Below are positions 27,457 to 41,487 of a stretch of 64,000 nt of DNA, in pieces (position 1 is the stretch's first letter; each line of letters starts with the position of its first letter). Location of the stretch: assembly GCA_951406725.2 (NCBI GenBank), contig OX597826.1:7750001-7814000 (forward strand). The letters run 5' to 3'. Below the pieces are notes generated by a model. It was not told the origin of the DNA and made no database searches. It saw only the letters and a program-made list of their open reading frames with translations. The position numbers and the translations under genes are program-made. This DNA comes from Octopus vulgaris (taxonomy: Eukaryota).

Positions 27457-27840
27457 TGGGGGCGTAATGGCCCAGTGGTTAGGGCAGCGGACTCGCGGTC
27501 GTATGATCGCGGTTTCGATTCCCAGACCGGGCGTTGTGAGTGTTTATTGAGCGAAAACACCTAAAGCTCCACGAGGCTCCGGCAGGGGATGGTGGTGAAC
27601 CCTGCTGTACTCTTTCACCACAACTTTCTCTCACTCTTTCTTCCTGTTTCTGTTGTACCTGTATTTCAAAGGGCCGGCCTTGACACTCTCTGTGTCACGC
27701 TGAATATCCCCGAGAACTACGTTAAGGGTACACGTGCCTGTGGAGTGCTCAGCCACTTACACGTTAATTTCACGAGCAGGCTGTTCCGTTGGTCGGATCA
27801 ACCGGAACCCTCATCGTCGTAACCGACGGAGTGCTTCCAC
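27457..27840 (+). mobile_element. Full-length SINE family C (tRNA-derived) with 12-bp TSD
   Basis: A box TGGCCCAGTGG, B box GGTTTCGATTCC; TSD ACTTCACTACAA at 27445-27456 and 27841-27852. Confidence 0.92.
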
Positions 27841-28258
27841 ACTTCACTACAACTCTACAAATGATCTGAGAGGGTTAAGAAGACCAACTTCCAGAGAAGA
27901 AATTTAAAATAATATGTCAGCCTAATATTCACGCGTACTGCAAGTATGAGTTGTGTGCATTTAGAACATTAATGATAAATGAAAACGCTTTTCACATTAT
28001 TTGCCAGTAAATATCAATAACACTAACGTTTTACGACTTTATCAATCGATTGTAAGATAGTAGATAAAAAAAAATAACTGTCTTCGTCAGTATTATTCAT
28101 TGCATTACCTTCTATAGATAATACAATATAATAGTGGAAATAAAGAAGTGCTCTATTTCAGCGACTTATGGCCATCGACCATTCATACGATTATAAATTT
28201 TCGAACTATAAACCGAGGCCTTAGATACACAAACTGTTTTAATATTTGCATCCACATA

Positions 28259-29022
28259 GGGCGGCGAGCTTGCAGAAACGTTAGCACGCCGGGCGAAATG
28301 CGTAACCGTATTTCGTCCGCCGCTGCGTTCTGAGTTCAAATTTCACCGAGGTCGACTTTGCCTTTCATCCTTTCGGGGTCGATAAATTAAGTACCAGTTA
28401 CGCACTGGATTCATATAATCGACTTAATCCCTTTTGTCTGTCCTTGTTTGTCCCCTCTATGTTTAGCCCCTTGTGGGCAATAAAGAAATAAGAATCGTTC
28501 TGAGTTCAAATAAGAAACGTTCTGAGTTCAAATTCTGTCGAGGTCGACATTGCCTTTCTTCTTTTCGGGGTCGATAAATTAAGTACAAGTTTGTCTATCC
28601 TTGTTTGTCCCCTCTATGTTTAGCTCCTTGTGGGTAGTAAAGAAATAGGTATTTCATCTATCTCTACGTTCTGAGTTCAAATTCCGTCGAGGTTGACTTT
28701 GCCTGTCATCCTTTCGTGGTCGATAAATTAAGTACCAGTTGCGCACTGGGGTCGATGTAATCGACTTAATCCGTTTGTCTGTCCTGTTTGTCCCCACTAT
28801 GCTTAGCTCCTTCTGGGTAATAAAGAAACAAATAAAGGAATAAGAATTGTTAGTACGCCAGACTAAACGCTTAATGTTCTGAGTTCAAATTCTGCTGAAG
28901 TCGACTTTATTTTTTATCCATTCGGAGGTCGCAAAAATAAGTACCAGTTGAGGACTGGAGTCGATGTATTCGATTTATAAACCCCTCTCGAAACTGCTGG
29001 CCTTGTGCCAAAATTTGAAAGC
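28259..29022 (+). mobile_element. SINE family A multimer
   Basis: Head plus ~4 partial tandem units. Confidence 0.85.
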
Positions 29023-30586
29023 AGTAAATAGATCTGTGTTGCATATCGATCTGCTTCATGACCAATCGTCATCTAATAATTTCTTTCTAGTTGCGTACAT
29101 AGTAACAGGTTCAGTCCAAACTAAAAACATTATAAACACAGGGTTATAACACACTACGCTGCAAGACACTCACACAGGTAATGATTCGTTTTTCAGTTGT
29201 TTGAAAACCGGTTCATTTGGGCTAAGCTATCTTCTACGTTTTCTATAAAACCCGTCAGCATTTACATTGACAAATACCTACAGCTCGAAAATATATTTGT
29301 TTGTATAAAAGAAGTTAGTTATCTTCAAAATACACACCCTAGCAAGAAGTACGCAGACCATCATATGCGGCCTATGATCACGGCTGAAGATAACAGGGGA
29401 CAAAACCGCTCTGCGTGATGTAAATGTGAATAATTGCCAGAGAAAAATCATAGAACTTTCAACATACACATCTTAAGAAATGTGCTTAGGGTTAGAATTA
29501 AAACCACACTTGGCAAATATGAAACTAAAGTTAAATCTACCGAAAATAGGCTAGAATATACGAATTAAATATGTAATATCTTTTAAAAAGGGACTAGAGT
29601 GTCTCCCGTGAGTCTGAACAGAAGAAAGTCAAAAGTACGTAATGAGAAGAGAAATATTTAACGCGGAGGAGGCCAAATATGTATGAAATTATAAACTGTC
29701 ATGGCGCAAAGTTTTTATAGCTGACAGAAAACCATGATCGAAAATGAGAAATATCAAAGCTTCGCTACATATTATGTTTGCTATAAACCTAGCCGTTAGC
29801 CCTAGTGCTAGTAATGTAGTGGAAGTATTTCATTACATATTATCTATATGATAAAATAATGTAAACATTATACTGAAGCAAACAGTTATAAGTCATTACC
29901 TGAACAATACCTTGACAAAGCCTTAAATCTTCAGAGATATTTTGGGATGGCTTTTTATAACATTTACTGGCAAATAGTTTGAAAATCAGCTTAGTGTATC
30001 TGCTTAACAGAAAAACATTAATGTAAACAGCTTAAAACAGAAGTAATTCTTCTACACGATAATGGATAAGAGCTTTACAGTGCATCGTTTAAAAATAAAT
30101 CCTCCTTAGCTCAACACCAGTTCGGTATTATCTAAGTGCACACTTAGGAATACAGCAACTAATGACGGTTGGAGGTTGGAACGTAGTTTACGGATAAATA
30201 TTAAGTAATTTTAATTTCATCTGAATAATTAATAAGCGTATTGATATGTTAATATAGACATTGATTTATTTAATCATCGGTTAAGATCAAATATATATAA
30301 TATGTTATGTTTAGAAAGACATGTCATTGCTAGATAGATCTACATACGTTGCAATTAATTTAAAGTATCTATGTTATAAAGACCGGCACATTCACAGTAC
30401 TCCGTGCTATCAAAAGATCCCATACAATGATCAAAATGACCAGTAAAATCACTTTTGATTAGACGTGAATATTTTTTTATCGACAAGATTATATATATTT
30501 TATTACTATTTAGTTATTACTACTGTTATACGTTTCTGACTGCCGTTTCACACACTTTTAGGTAATATAGGCAGTCAGTACATACA

Positions 30587-30662
<76 letters not shown>

Positions 30663-30700
30663 TGTATATATGTATATATATATATATATATATACATACA

Positions 30701-30748
<48 letters not shown>

Positions 30749-30904
30749 ACATATAAATGAAAGAATGGAGTTGAACGACGATTTAACAAAATTCCTTTAT
30801 TCTCGACATATGTTTCGAAGACTGCATATTCCTAATTTCGAAGGAATAAGGGATATATCTATACGAGTGTATATGAAAGCATGAGAGTATGAATGCATAT
30901 GCAA

Positions 30905-30955
<51 letters not shown>

Positions 30956-30959
30956 ACCT

Positions 30960-31254
30960 AAATGTGACTGACCCATATAGGACGATGCTACTGTAGTTTA
31001 TAGCCCCAGGAAGACATCTCTTCCTGCTGGTTAACGACACACTTTCTGTACCCGATCAGTATTTGCGAAGGCGAATCGTTCCCATGTCTAGCATGGCGTG
31101 ATACACACGGATGCGTCAGGCAAGAGAGGGGAACGATGATTGCCATTAGCGAATGCTGATCGGGTACAGACAGTGCGTCGTTACCCAGCTGAAGGAGATA
31201 TCTCTTGGGGCTATAAACTACAGCAGCATTGTCTCATACGGGTCAGCTACATTT
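30960..31254. mobile_element. Foldback/palindromic element, ~125-bp imperfect arms and ~45-bp spacer
   Basis: 30960-31083 is the reverse complement of 31129-31254 (roughly 80% by eye). Confidence 0.85.
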
Positions 31255-31325
31255 ACCTGACAAATATACTTCACGATGCCATGCTGGCTGCTACTGTTTA
31301 ATTCTCGTTCAAAGATTTGTTATTG

Positions 31326-31395
<70 letters not shown>

Positions 31396-31720
31396 ACATA
31401 CATACATACATATAAATATATATATACATATTGCTTATTAGCATTCTAAACTGTCCTATTGTGTATGCGTGTGTGTTTGTGTGCTTTAGTAAAGTTTAGA
31501 ACGTTGCGAAGCAATGTATGTATATGCATATACGTATCTAATGTGTATGTATATAAATATCCACATTTACACATATATACATACACACATATCGTAGGTA
31601 TGACTATGTGGTAAGAAGCTTGTTTCCAAACCACATGGTTCCGGGTACAGTCCCATTGGGCAAATGTCTTCCACAATACACTCCGGCCGACCAGGTAAAA
31701 GCCCATCGTATATATATAGC

Positions 31721-31753
<33 letters not shown>

Positions 31754-31760
<7 letters not shown>

Positions 31761-32036
31761 ACCGACCAGACCATCAGATGTTGTTACACATCGCTGGTCA
31801 CAATGCGTTCGCATTGTTTTAGCCTTCGAATGACGCCACCCCGCTGGCTAAGCGAGCAGGCCAACAGAAGAAAGAGTGGTGAAAGAGTACAGCAGGGATC
31901 CCCCCTCCCTGCCGGAGCCTCGTGGAGCTTTTAGGTGTTTTTGCTCAATAAACACTCACAACGCCCGGTCTGGGAATCGAAACCGCGATCCTGTGACCGC
32001 GAGTCCGCTGCCCTAACCACTAGGCCTTTGCGCCTC

Positions 32037-32037
<1 letters not shown>
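31754..32037 (-). mobile_element. SINE family C head with alternative (TCACGTGA-ending) tail
   Basis: Head nearly identical to the 27457 copy; tail is the 17890 module. Confidence 0.9.
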
Positions 32038-32107
<70 letters not shown>

Positions 32108-32529
32108 TACATATATATAGGGTAGCGAATATTAGTTATAAATATCATCACCAGTGGCCTAGCATGTATAGATAGTCAATAGACAACTTGTTCAAATTTT
32201 AAAATAGTGTACATTTAAACACAAAAGAAATTACCCTTTAATGATGGGACACGTGTTATCTTCTCTGAATTATAAGTTAGTTATTGTGGCCGGTTACTGA
32301 TGAGAATTGGCCTGGCGGATAAAATTGTTTGTCAAATTACCTATTAAAAGGTGGCATATAATATTATTTGCTAAAGAAATTTGAAACTATGGTATAACCG
32401 AAAATAAAAATAACAAGGTAAAAGTTTTTATTTTTCATTCCTTCGAAAATTGCTGTTAAATCGTGGTTTTGGCCGTGTTGGCTGCTTCTTCTAGCATGTA
32501 AAATTACATGTAAAATTACAACGAACTTA

Positions 32530-32680
32530 TTTCTGTTTCCGTCTACGAAATCCACTCAGAAGGTTTTGGTTGGCCCCAGGCTATAGTAAAAGACACTTGC
32601 CCAACGTGCCAGGCAGTGGGACTGAACTCGGAAAACATGTGATTGATTAGCAAGCTACTTACCACACAGTCACTCTTAGG
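32530..32680 (-). mobile_element. SINE family B 5' part
   Basis: Reverse complement reads gtgactgtgtggtaagtagcttgc...gttgggcaagtgtc. Confidence 0.8.
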
Positions 32681-32724
32681 TCTATATTTATATAGTTTCC
32701 TAGAGTAGAAGAATTTTTTTTTTT

Positions 32725-32902
32725 TTTGTGGAGCCAGTCGATTAAATCAACGCCAGTACGCAACTGCTACTTAATTTATCGAATTCTAAAGGATGAAAGG
32801 CAAAGTTGACCTCGACGAAATTTGAACTCAGAACGTTAAGACAGACGAAATAACGCTAAGCATTTCGCCCGTGTTGCTAACGTTTCTGCCAGCTTGCCGC
32901 CT
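32725..32902 (-). mobile_element. SINE family A monomer
   Basis: Core and head recognisable. Confidence 0.8.
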
Positions 32903-32906
32903 TTCA

Positions 32907-32948
<42 letters not shown>

Positions 32949-33308
32949 GTGTGTATAATATATATATATATATATATATAGATATGTGTGTGTATGTGTG
33001 TATATATATGTATATAAGTGTGTAAGTGCGTATGTGTGTATGTGAGTGTGTGTATGCATATGTATTGATATATATATATATAAACGTTGAATCTTATACT
33101 GCCCAAATGTTTGAGAACAATAGCGACAATTAAAATGTTCTTGTCTCATCCAGTTCCAACGATGCAATATAAATTCAATAAACGATATTTTATATGATCA
33201 TCTCCAGTTTTGCTTAACGAAAAGTTAAATGCCCCTCCCTGTCTCATTCTCTGTATCTAACTATCTAAATATCTATCTATCGATCGATCTATCTTCCTCT
33301 CTTATTTA

Positions 33309-33376
<68 letters not shown>

Positions 33377-34065
33377 CTCCCTTCTCTTTCTCTCATTTTC
33401 TTTTGCGTCATCTGTTCCTCCTTTTGCTACGGATTTTTAATCATATAAGACATTTTCAACATCAGCTTCACCGATATTTTCACTAGATTTCATTTATTAT
33501 TAATTTAGCTGTATCTTTGTGTGTGCTTCTCTGTGTGTGTGTGTGTATGTATGAGTGAGTGTATTTCCGTGTGTGTTTGTATGCATGTGTAGGTATGCAT
33601 ATGCATATATGTAGTTATAGACATTTATGCAGGTATGTACATGTATCTATGTATGTATGTATGTATGTATGTGTATGTGTGTATACACATACATGTATAC
33701 ATACATGCATACATATATGCATGTCATTATGTATATATCGGATGGATATCTTGTATTTTCCATTTTGTCTCTCTACGCTGTTACTTTCTTCTTATATACA
33801 TTCTACAGAATTTGCGTATATGCGTTTATGTGTGTTTACAATTATATGCATGTCTTTTTCATTATCTTAATACAAGAATGCCAGAATATTTTTTTTTAAA
33901 TACGCTCGTATTTTTTTTTAAATACGCACACATAGTGAATATGTATTCACTGGCATAAACAGACACACACATACAGACACAGACAGATATATATGTCTAT
34001 ATGTATGTATATACATATACATATATACATACACAGACAGATATATATGTCTATATGTATGTATA

Positions 34066-34114
<49 letters not shown>

Positions 34115-34117
<3 letters not shown>

Positions 34118-34225
34118 CTGCTCGCTTAGCCAGTGGGTGGCGTCATTCGAAGGCTAAAACAATGCGAACGCATTGTGACCAGCGGTGTGTAGCAACATCT
34201 GATGGTCTGGTCGGTCACGTGATCG

Positions 34226-34230
<5 letters not shown>
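34115..34230 (+). mobile_element. Solo SINE-tail module in (TA)n
   Basis: Same boundaries as 17890-18006. Confidence 0.8.
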
Positions 34231-34283
<53 letters not shown>

Positions 34284-34456
34284 ATATATAAATATATATA
34301 AGCATATATATATATATAAGTATACACACACATATATATATTATATATGTTCTTATATACCCTGCAGAATGCTGCGTTATTCCTCTGGAAATCGAAACCG
34401 CGTGTCCGCTGCCCTAACCACTGGGCCATTGCGCCTCCACATACACACACATACAT

Positions 34457-34488
<32 letters not shown>

Positions 34489-35420
34489 TTAAATGTATGT
34501 AAGTATGTATGTATGTATGTATGTATGTATGTATGTATGTATTTATGTATGTGTATATATACGTACATAACTACATACATTACATACACAGTGTGGTTAT
34601 AATAGTGCAGCGTCTGATCTGCTCTGCAATTCGTTATGAATGATCAGTTGTCCTTATTAAGTTTCCTTCTCTAGATTTATTGAGGCAGCTGAAAATTCAC
34701 CATGCTTGCTGGCATGTTTTATTGGTACAGGGTTAGATTACTTTATACATTGAATAAACACTCGGTTGCAATCAGCTTGTGGGGGAATCGATGATTTGTT
34801 TAAGCTAAGTTGATTTTAAAGCCCAAATAGTAAATATTAGTTTAAACAGCCGCTACATTTGTGCAAGCGGTTTTAGTTTTGGTTGGTTAATTAGCTGAAT
34901 AATTAACATATGAATAATTTAGTTACTGCTCAGTAGTGCTGATCACACCGTTTTCTCTTCCGAGAAAGCAAACACTGAGAAGAGTAAGTTGGTCTGTTTG
35001 AAAAGAGTGATGGCGTTTGAAAATTAGTGAACGTTTGTGAAATGTTGAGAGAAGAGAAAGTATTAGATTCGTATCGCAAAGTAGCAGTGTTGATTGAATT
35101 AAGAATCCAACTTCGTGATAGATTGTTTAGAAATAAAAGGCGCTAGATTTAACATTGAATAGACATGGCTCATGTTTGTACCTTACCTAATGAGTCGACT
35201 CTGTGCGTGTATCTGACTGGGTTGCGTGTGAGTATGTCTGTGTACATGTATCTCTTTAGAGCGAGTGTCAGGACATTTTATCAGGAAATTAACCAAGGTT
35301 TCGAACACAAATAGTCAAAGGGCTGTCAAAGATTTTACCACGTAATCTCTGTCATTTAAAAATATGAAAAACTAAAATTGAAAGTGAAAGCTTCGGTTGA
35401 GAGGCATTCTCTCTAGTTTA

Positions 35421-35464
<44 letters not shown>

Positions 35465-35474
35465 TATGTATATA

Positions 35475-35635
<161 letters not shown>

Positions 35636-35861
35636 ATGTGTGTCCTGGGGCTAAAACAACAGTAACATTCACCCGAATTTGGGACTGCCACATTAGGTTC
35701 GCAAAAAGTCGTTACTTCATATACATATATATATATATGTATATTTATATATGTGTATGTATATACATACATACATATATATGGGTGTGTGCGTCTATAT
35801 ATATATATATAAATATATATACATACATACTGATATATACATACACATATATGCATACAGA

Positions 35862-35916
<55 letters not shown>

Positions 35917-36880
35917 CATATATATATACATATATACACACATGTATACATATATATTTTTGATATGTACACAAACTTGATTGTAAGTTGCTTAACCTTA
36001 ACCGCTTGAGCATGCAACATGTGCATCTCTTATCATGAACAGGAGTAGTTGTGGGGAGCATCGTAGCCTATGTTGATAGGAATTGCTTGGGGTTTAAATA
36101 AATGTAACAAATGCAAATTTTGAAGCAAATGTTATGATTTCTAGGTGAAGCAAATAGGAAGTAATAGTTACTACACAAAACCAAAAACTATGTTACGTAG
36201 TATTAATAGTAAAACGTGACTAATATAACGTAAGGGTGTAAATGTAAATGTGTTTTCATTTTCAAATAGAAACATAATGCATGTAGAGATTAAAGTAGTC
36301 TTTTAGCATGGTTTTTGATTTTTTCTTTTGTTCTTTTTCCTTTTTCAATATTCTTCAACGAAAATTCATATCTGAAAGAAGACAGGATAGAAGAATAAGT
36401 TATGAAATGCAAGCATATTCTAAGAGTTTTTTTTATATATATATATCATTAGTAATATGAAAATTCTCTAAATTTGACAGACTAGAATATATTCATAAAA
36501 GTCTAGTTAAATAAAATTCCAAGAACTTGGAGAAAGAACTTCGCAGGAAATGAAATTATACGTTTTTAGTTTTTTTTTACGACTGTGAATCAAGCTGTAA
36601 ACAGTAAGTGTGGGAGCGGGTGGCGTCGAGTGAGCGGAGACGGTTGTAGCAGAGAAGGTCACAGGTCAGATTAATAAACAAGGAGACGGAGAGAGGAAAG
36701 TGAGCAAAAGGAATTTAAAGATTTAACAGGAAATATCGGTTAAGTAATTACTGGGAAAACAAAAATAACACAAGTAAAATAACACAGAAATCCACACACA
36801 CGAAACTGTTAATTCCGATACCTGTTTTTCCTTCTTCGTTTATTTCGCTTTCTCTCCATTTTTTTTCTTACATCTCATGC

Positions 36881-36920
36881 CTTTCTGACGAAGGGCGTAG
36901 TGTCGAAACGTCAGTCAAAG
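36881..36920 (+). ncRNA. Minimal hammerhead motif (PLE-type)
   Basis: cttt-CTGACGA-agggc-gta-gtgtc-GAAACGTC; stems imperfect. Confidence 0.55.
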
Positions 36921-36993
36921 TATTACACTAGCTTGTTGTTCCCACACTTGTCTTTATTTTAGGTTTTATGTACATTTGAACTATATACATACA

Positions 36994-37044
<51 letters not shown>

Positions 37045-37048
<4 letters not shown>

Positions 37049-37440
37049 ATACAAAATGGGACAAGAACGCAAAACATCTGGACAACTAAGTGATACAAAA
37101 AGGGGACAACAAAACATCCAGATAGACGATGCAAAAAAACAAGGACGGGTCATTCAAATCCTTTTATCCTCAGTCAAGAACCGGATCATCCTCGCAATTT
37201 CGGCAGATTAATCTTGAGATTGCTCCAATCTGGCCAGTCCTAAGGAAAATATAAGCTAAGAGCATTAGATTCCTTGGGGAAAAATCATCGAATTTAATCG
37301 AAAACAAGGACGGAAAAACAGACGATGTAACATGCATATAATTACAAAAATACAATACAAATAATAAAAATAATAATAATAACAGGACATAACAACAGGC
37401 GTCTTTCGGCTGGGGACGAATTGAATTCAGCTGGCGTGTG
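37045..37440. repeat. Dispersed repeat, copy 1 of a local pair
   Basis: High similarity to 37840-38281. Confidence 0.85.
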
Positions 37441-37839
37441 TGGAAATGAAGCCTTACGGCACAGGGAAGAATATCAATGGGGCAGTGACCACAGTCAGAC
37501 GCAAAAGGGCTAGCAGTTTGGCCTATAGGTCACGCGAGAGAGAGAAAGAGGAACAAAAGAATTAAGGAGGGGGAGAAAAGAGAGAGCGAGAGAGAGAATT
37601 GTAGAAGCAGATAGACGGAAGAATCAAGGAGTGGCGAGAAAAACAGAGACATGGACATAGTGAAGTGAAAAGTGAGTAAGAAAGGCAAAGTAATGTGAGA
37701 GAGAGAGAGAGAGAGAGAGCGGGGAAAGAAAGAGCGAAGCGAGAAAAGGTTGAAAAAGTCGTACAAAATTTTGTGAAATGTGTACTTACATATAAGGGAA
37801 CAAAGTGTACGTACACCGCTATATATGTATATATAAAAT

Positions 37840-38167
37840 AAAATATAAAATGGGACAAGAATGCAAAACATCTGGACAACTAGGTGATGCAAAAAGGGAA
37901 GAACAAAACATCCAGATAGACGATACAAAAAACAAGGACGGGTCATTCGGAGCCTTTTATCCTCAGTCAAGAAGAACCGGATCATCCTCGCAATTTCGGC
38001 TGATTAATCTTGAGGAAAAACTAAGCCGGAGGAAAAACTAAGCTAAGAGTATTAGATTCCTTGGAAAAAAAAAGCATCGAATGTATACGAAAACAAGGAC
38101 GGAAACAGACGATGTTACCTGAATATAATTACAAAAATACAATAAAAAAATGTTTAAATAAAAAAAA

Positions 38168-38228
<61 letters not shown>

Positions 38229-38281
38229 GGACATAACAACAGGCGTCTTTCGACTGGGGACGAATTGAATTCAGCTGGCGT
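37840..38281. repeat. Dispersed repeat, copy 2 of a local pair
   Basis: High similarity to 37045-37440, with expanded (AAT)n. Confidence 0.85.
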
Positions 38282-38525
38282 AGAGAGAGAGAGAGAGAGA
38301 GACAGGGGGGTTATGAGAGGTAATTGTGTCAGTAAGACACAAAGGTGTCAGGTAATGCTGAGTAAGTGCTATGGATAGACTATAGTTAAGCTCCAGGTTT
38401 GGTGAATATGCAAATAAGGAGTCCAACGTAGGTCATGCATCAGCGTGTCCATATATAATTTTTTTTTTCGTAATGAGATAAAAAAACTAAGGCTATGAAG
38501 ATTTTAGAACATTTATAAATAGAAG

Positions 38526-38573
38526 GTCTTACAGCTGTTTCCGTGATATTTATTATATCCATTCATCGGAGAC
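38526..38573 (-). ncRNA. Minimal hammerhead motif with palindromic stem III
   Basis: Minus strand: gtct-CCGATGA-atg-gatat-aataa-atatc-acg-GAAAC-agct-GTA-agac. Confidence 0.6.
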
Positions 38574-38650
38574 AGTGTGAGAAAATGGTTAAGCAAATGC
38601 TCTAAAATTTTCACAGCCTTGAATTTTCATCCCATTCTGAATATATATAC

Positions 38651-38716
<66 letters not shown>

Positions 38717-38815
38717 AGTTAATCCAAACAAGAAAGCACAAAAAAACACAACAACGCGAGGACGTGGAACAAATATAGTATTATTGGATTCTCAGGAAAG
38801 AAGGAAAGAAGGAGG

Positions 38816-38850
38816 GTTTAACGTTTCGAGCGGAGCTCTTCGTCGGAAAC
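38816..38850 (-). ncRNA. Minimal hammerhead motif (CCGACGA core) in PLE-like terminus 38716-38925
   Basis: Minus strand: gttt-CCGACGA-agagc-tcc-gctc-GAAACGTT-aaac. Confidence 0.6.
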
Positions 38851-39004
38851 ATAGGAGAAGGAAAGATCCAGAGAAGGGAAGACAGAGGAAAAAAATCGCC
38901 AACGGTACACACGAGGTCACATTAAAAAGAAAAAAATATATATATATACATGCATATATGTATGTATGTATGTATGCATGTATGTATGTATGTATGTATG
39001 TATG

Positions 39005-39035
<31 letters not shown>

Positions 39036-39419
39036 CTTTGTGTGTGTGTATATGCACGTTAAAGAACAGACGAAATGCTTACAAGAACACGATCCTTGTT
39101 ACGGTTAACAGATCCACTCTAAGCGAGCTACTGTAGATTGGAGAACTATTGTTGTGCTCCCTGTGATCAGGGTATATATTTGGTTGTGTGAGATTCCTTG
39201 ATAAGACCTACTAAGTGGCTGTTCTATATCAAGACCACTTGTATCATCGTTCAGCTGTTCACATATTTTGTATATCACCTAAATCTTTTCATCTCTTTCC
39301 CCACAATCCACTCACTGTATATTTTTCTTTTCACCGTACACTTTCTAAACACAGGCTTATTCCAAGTTTTTTTTTTGTAATGTTACACACATCAGGAGCT
39401 CCTTTGGCAAATAAAAGAA

Positions 39420-39458
39420 ATCACCACTTCCACTATTACTACGAGTATTATTGTTACC

Positions 39459-39520
<62 letters not shown>

Positions 39521-39649
39521 CATCATCATCATCATCATTATTATTATTATTACTATTAATATAATTAATATGATTATAATTATTACTCTTATTATTGCCA
39601 TTATTATTAGTACTATTATTATTATTGTTATTATAATTATTATTATTAC

Positions 39650-39727
<78 letters not shown>

Positions 39728-39745
39728 CATTCTTATTATTATCAA

Positions 39746-39778
<33 letters not shown>

Positions 39779-39872
39779 GACTATCATCATTATCTTCATC
39801 CTTATATTATTACTATTGTTGTTGTTGTTGTCGTTGCTGTCGCTGTAGTTGTTGTTGTTGTCGTTGTTGTTA
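39420..39872. repeat. (ATT)n/(GTT)n microsatellite
   Basis: Directly visible. Confidence 0.95.
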
Positions 39873-40967
39873 CACGAGAGGAAAGGATTAATATACTGGG
39901 GTTAGAAATTATCCGAAAAACAGCGTTGTTGATAAGAACGGTAAATTTGTTATCAACGAACTGCCAGAGTAAGAAATTGTGATGGATTAAATAATATATA
40001 ATTCATTCGTCCATAGAACGAAGTCCCCACTCCCCACCGCCTCCCCACCCACCCACAAAATCCCGCCACCAACTTTACCAAACATCCAAATACCACCACG
40101 ACCATCGCCATCACCATCGCCATCACAATCACTATAATTATCACTACCAACAATGTCCGCCGTTCAGCACCTCACCACCTAATCTCTACCTCAACCAAAC
40201 ACAGAACACAGCGTACGATTCTTCGGATTGATTCATTGAAACGTTACTACTTGTAAGCATTCTGATATGCAAGATTAGGAATGAATTCTAGCTTAATGAT
40301 TTGTTATAACATTCATTTCGGTTGGAAATAGTGCCATATCAAAGTTTATTGGCTTCTTACCAAACTAACTTATGACTAATGGTTGCAAACCAATCATATT
40401 TTCACGTCTCCCTAACTACATTTTTATTAGTTAATCAAGGCAAGTGGGACATTGTATGACCCTTTCGTCGGTTGGTAGCAAGTTTTGCCCTTCGTATTTC
40501 TTAGCGGTGAGATCGATGCAACTGGTGAAGTGAACAACAGCCTCCTCCCCCATCTCTCTCTCTCTCTCTCTCTCTCTGTAGATCGAAGTAGATCCGAGGG
40601 AGAGAACGAGAGGATGAGAAGTAGAAAGGGAAGAGAAAGAAAAGGGGAGAATCAAAGAGAGAAAGAGAAAGAGAGAGAGAGAAAACTCCAGAATGCTATT
40701 TGTTGCTTTGAGTAGGAATTGATTAGAAAGAGAGACTCCGTGGCTAGAGATCTGAGAGTGAGTGCGTGTTTGTGAGGGTGGAGGATAATGTAAAAAAAAA
40801 TGTAGGAATATGTGTGTGTTTGTGTGTGTATGTGTTTGTCCGTGTGTGTGAGTGTTTCATGTAGATAATGAATGGAGAAAGATATGGTCATAACTCTAAA
40901 ATGCGCCCACAAACACATCATAAAGTACACAGCAATATATTTACGCATTTATTGTTAAATTATATAC

Positions 40968-41180
40968 GAAGGTCGCAACCTGACAGAATCGTTAACACGC
41001 CGGGGCAAAATCCATAACGGCATTTCGTCGGCCTTAACATTCTGAGTTCAAATTCCACTAAAGTCGACTTTGCCTTTCTGCCTTTCGGAGTCGATGAAAT
41101 GAATACCAGACGAGCACTGGGGTCGCTGTAATCGACTCGCCTCCTTCCTTTGAAATTTCAGGCCTTGTGCCAATAGTACA
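40968..41180 (+). mobile_element. SINE family A monomer
   Basis: Head, core and tail recognisable. Confidence 0.75.
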
Positions 41181-41207
41181 AATGATTATATATATAAATG
41201 TATATAT

Positions 41208-41269
<62 letters not shown>

Positions 41270-41360
41270 GCATGTGTGTGTATACATGCATCTATCCATT
41301 TCATCCATCCATATACACACCTCAAATATACATATGTGTAGATATGTATGTGTATATATG

Positions 41361-41425
<65 letters not shown>

Positions 41426-41427
41426 GG

Positions 41428-41463
<36 letters not shown>

Positions 41464-41487
41464 GTTCGTCTGTATTATGTATGTATA

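Noticed and set aside
27457-27530. Possible tRNA gene
   Set aside because: A/B boxes are present, but it continues into a SINE body with a TSD, has no clean acceptor stem and no poly-T terminator
33977-34088. ~54-bp direct duplication
   Set aside because: Ordinary slippage within a TA/CA microsatellite
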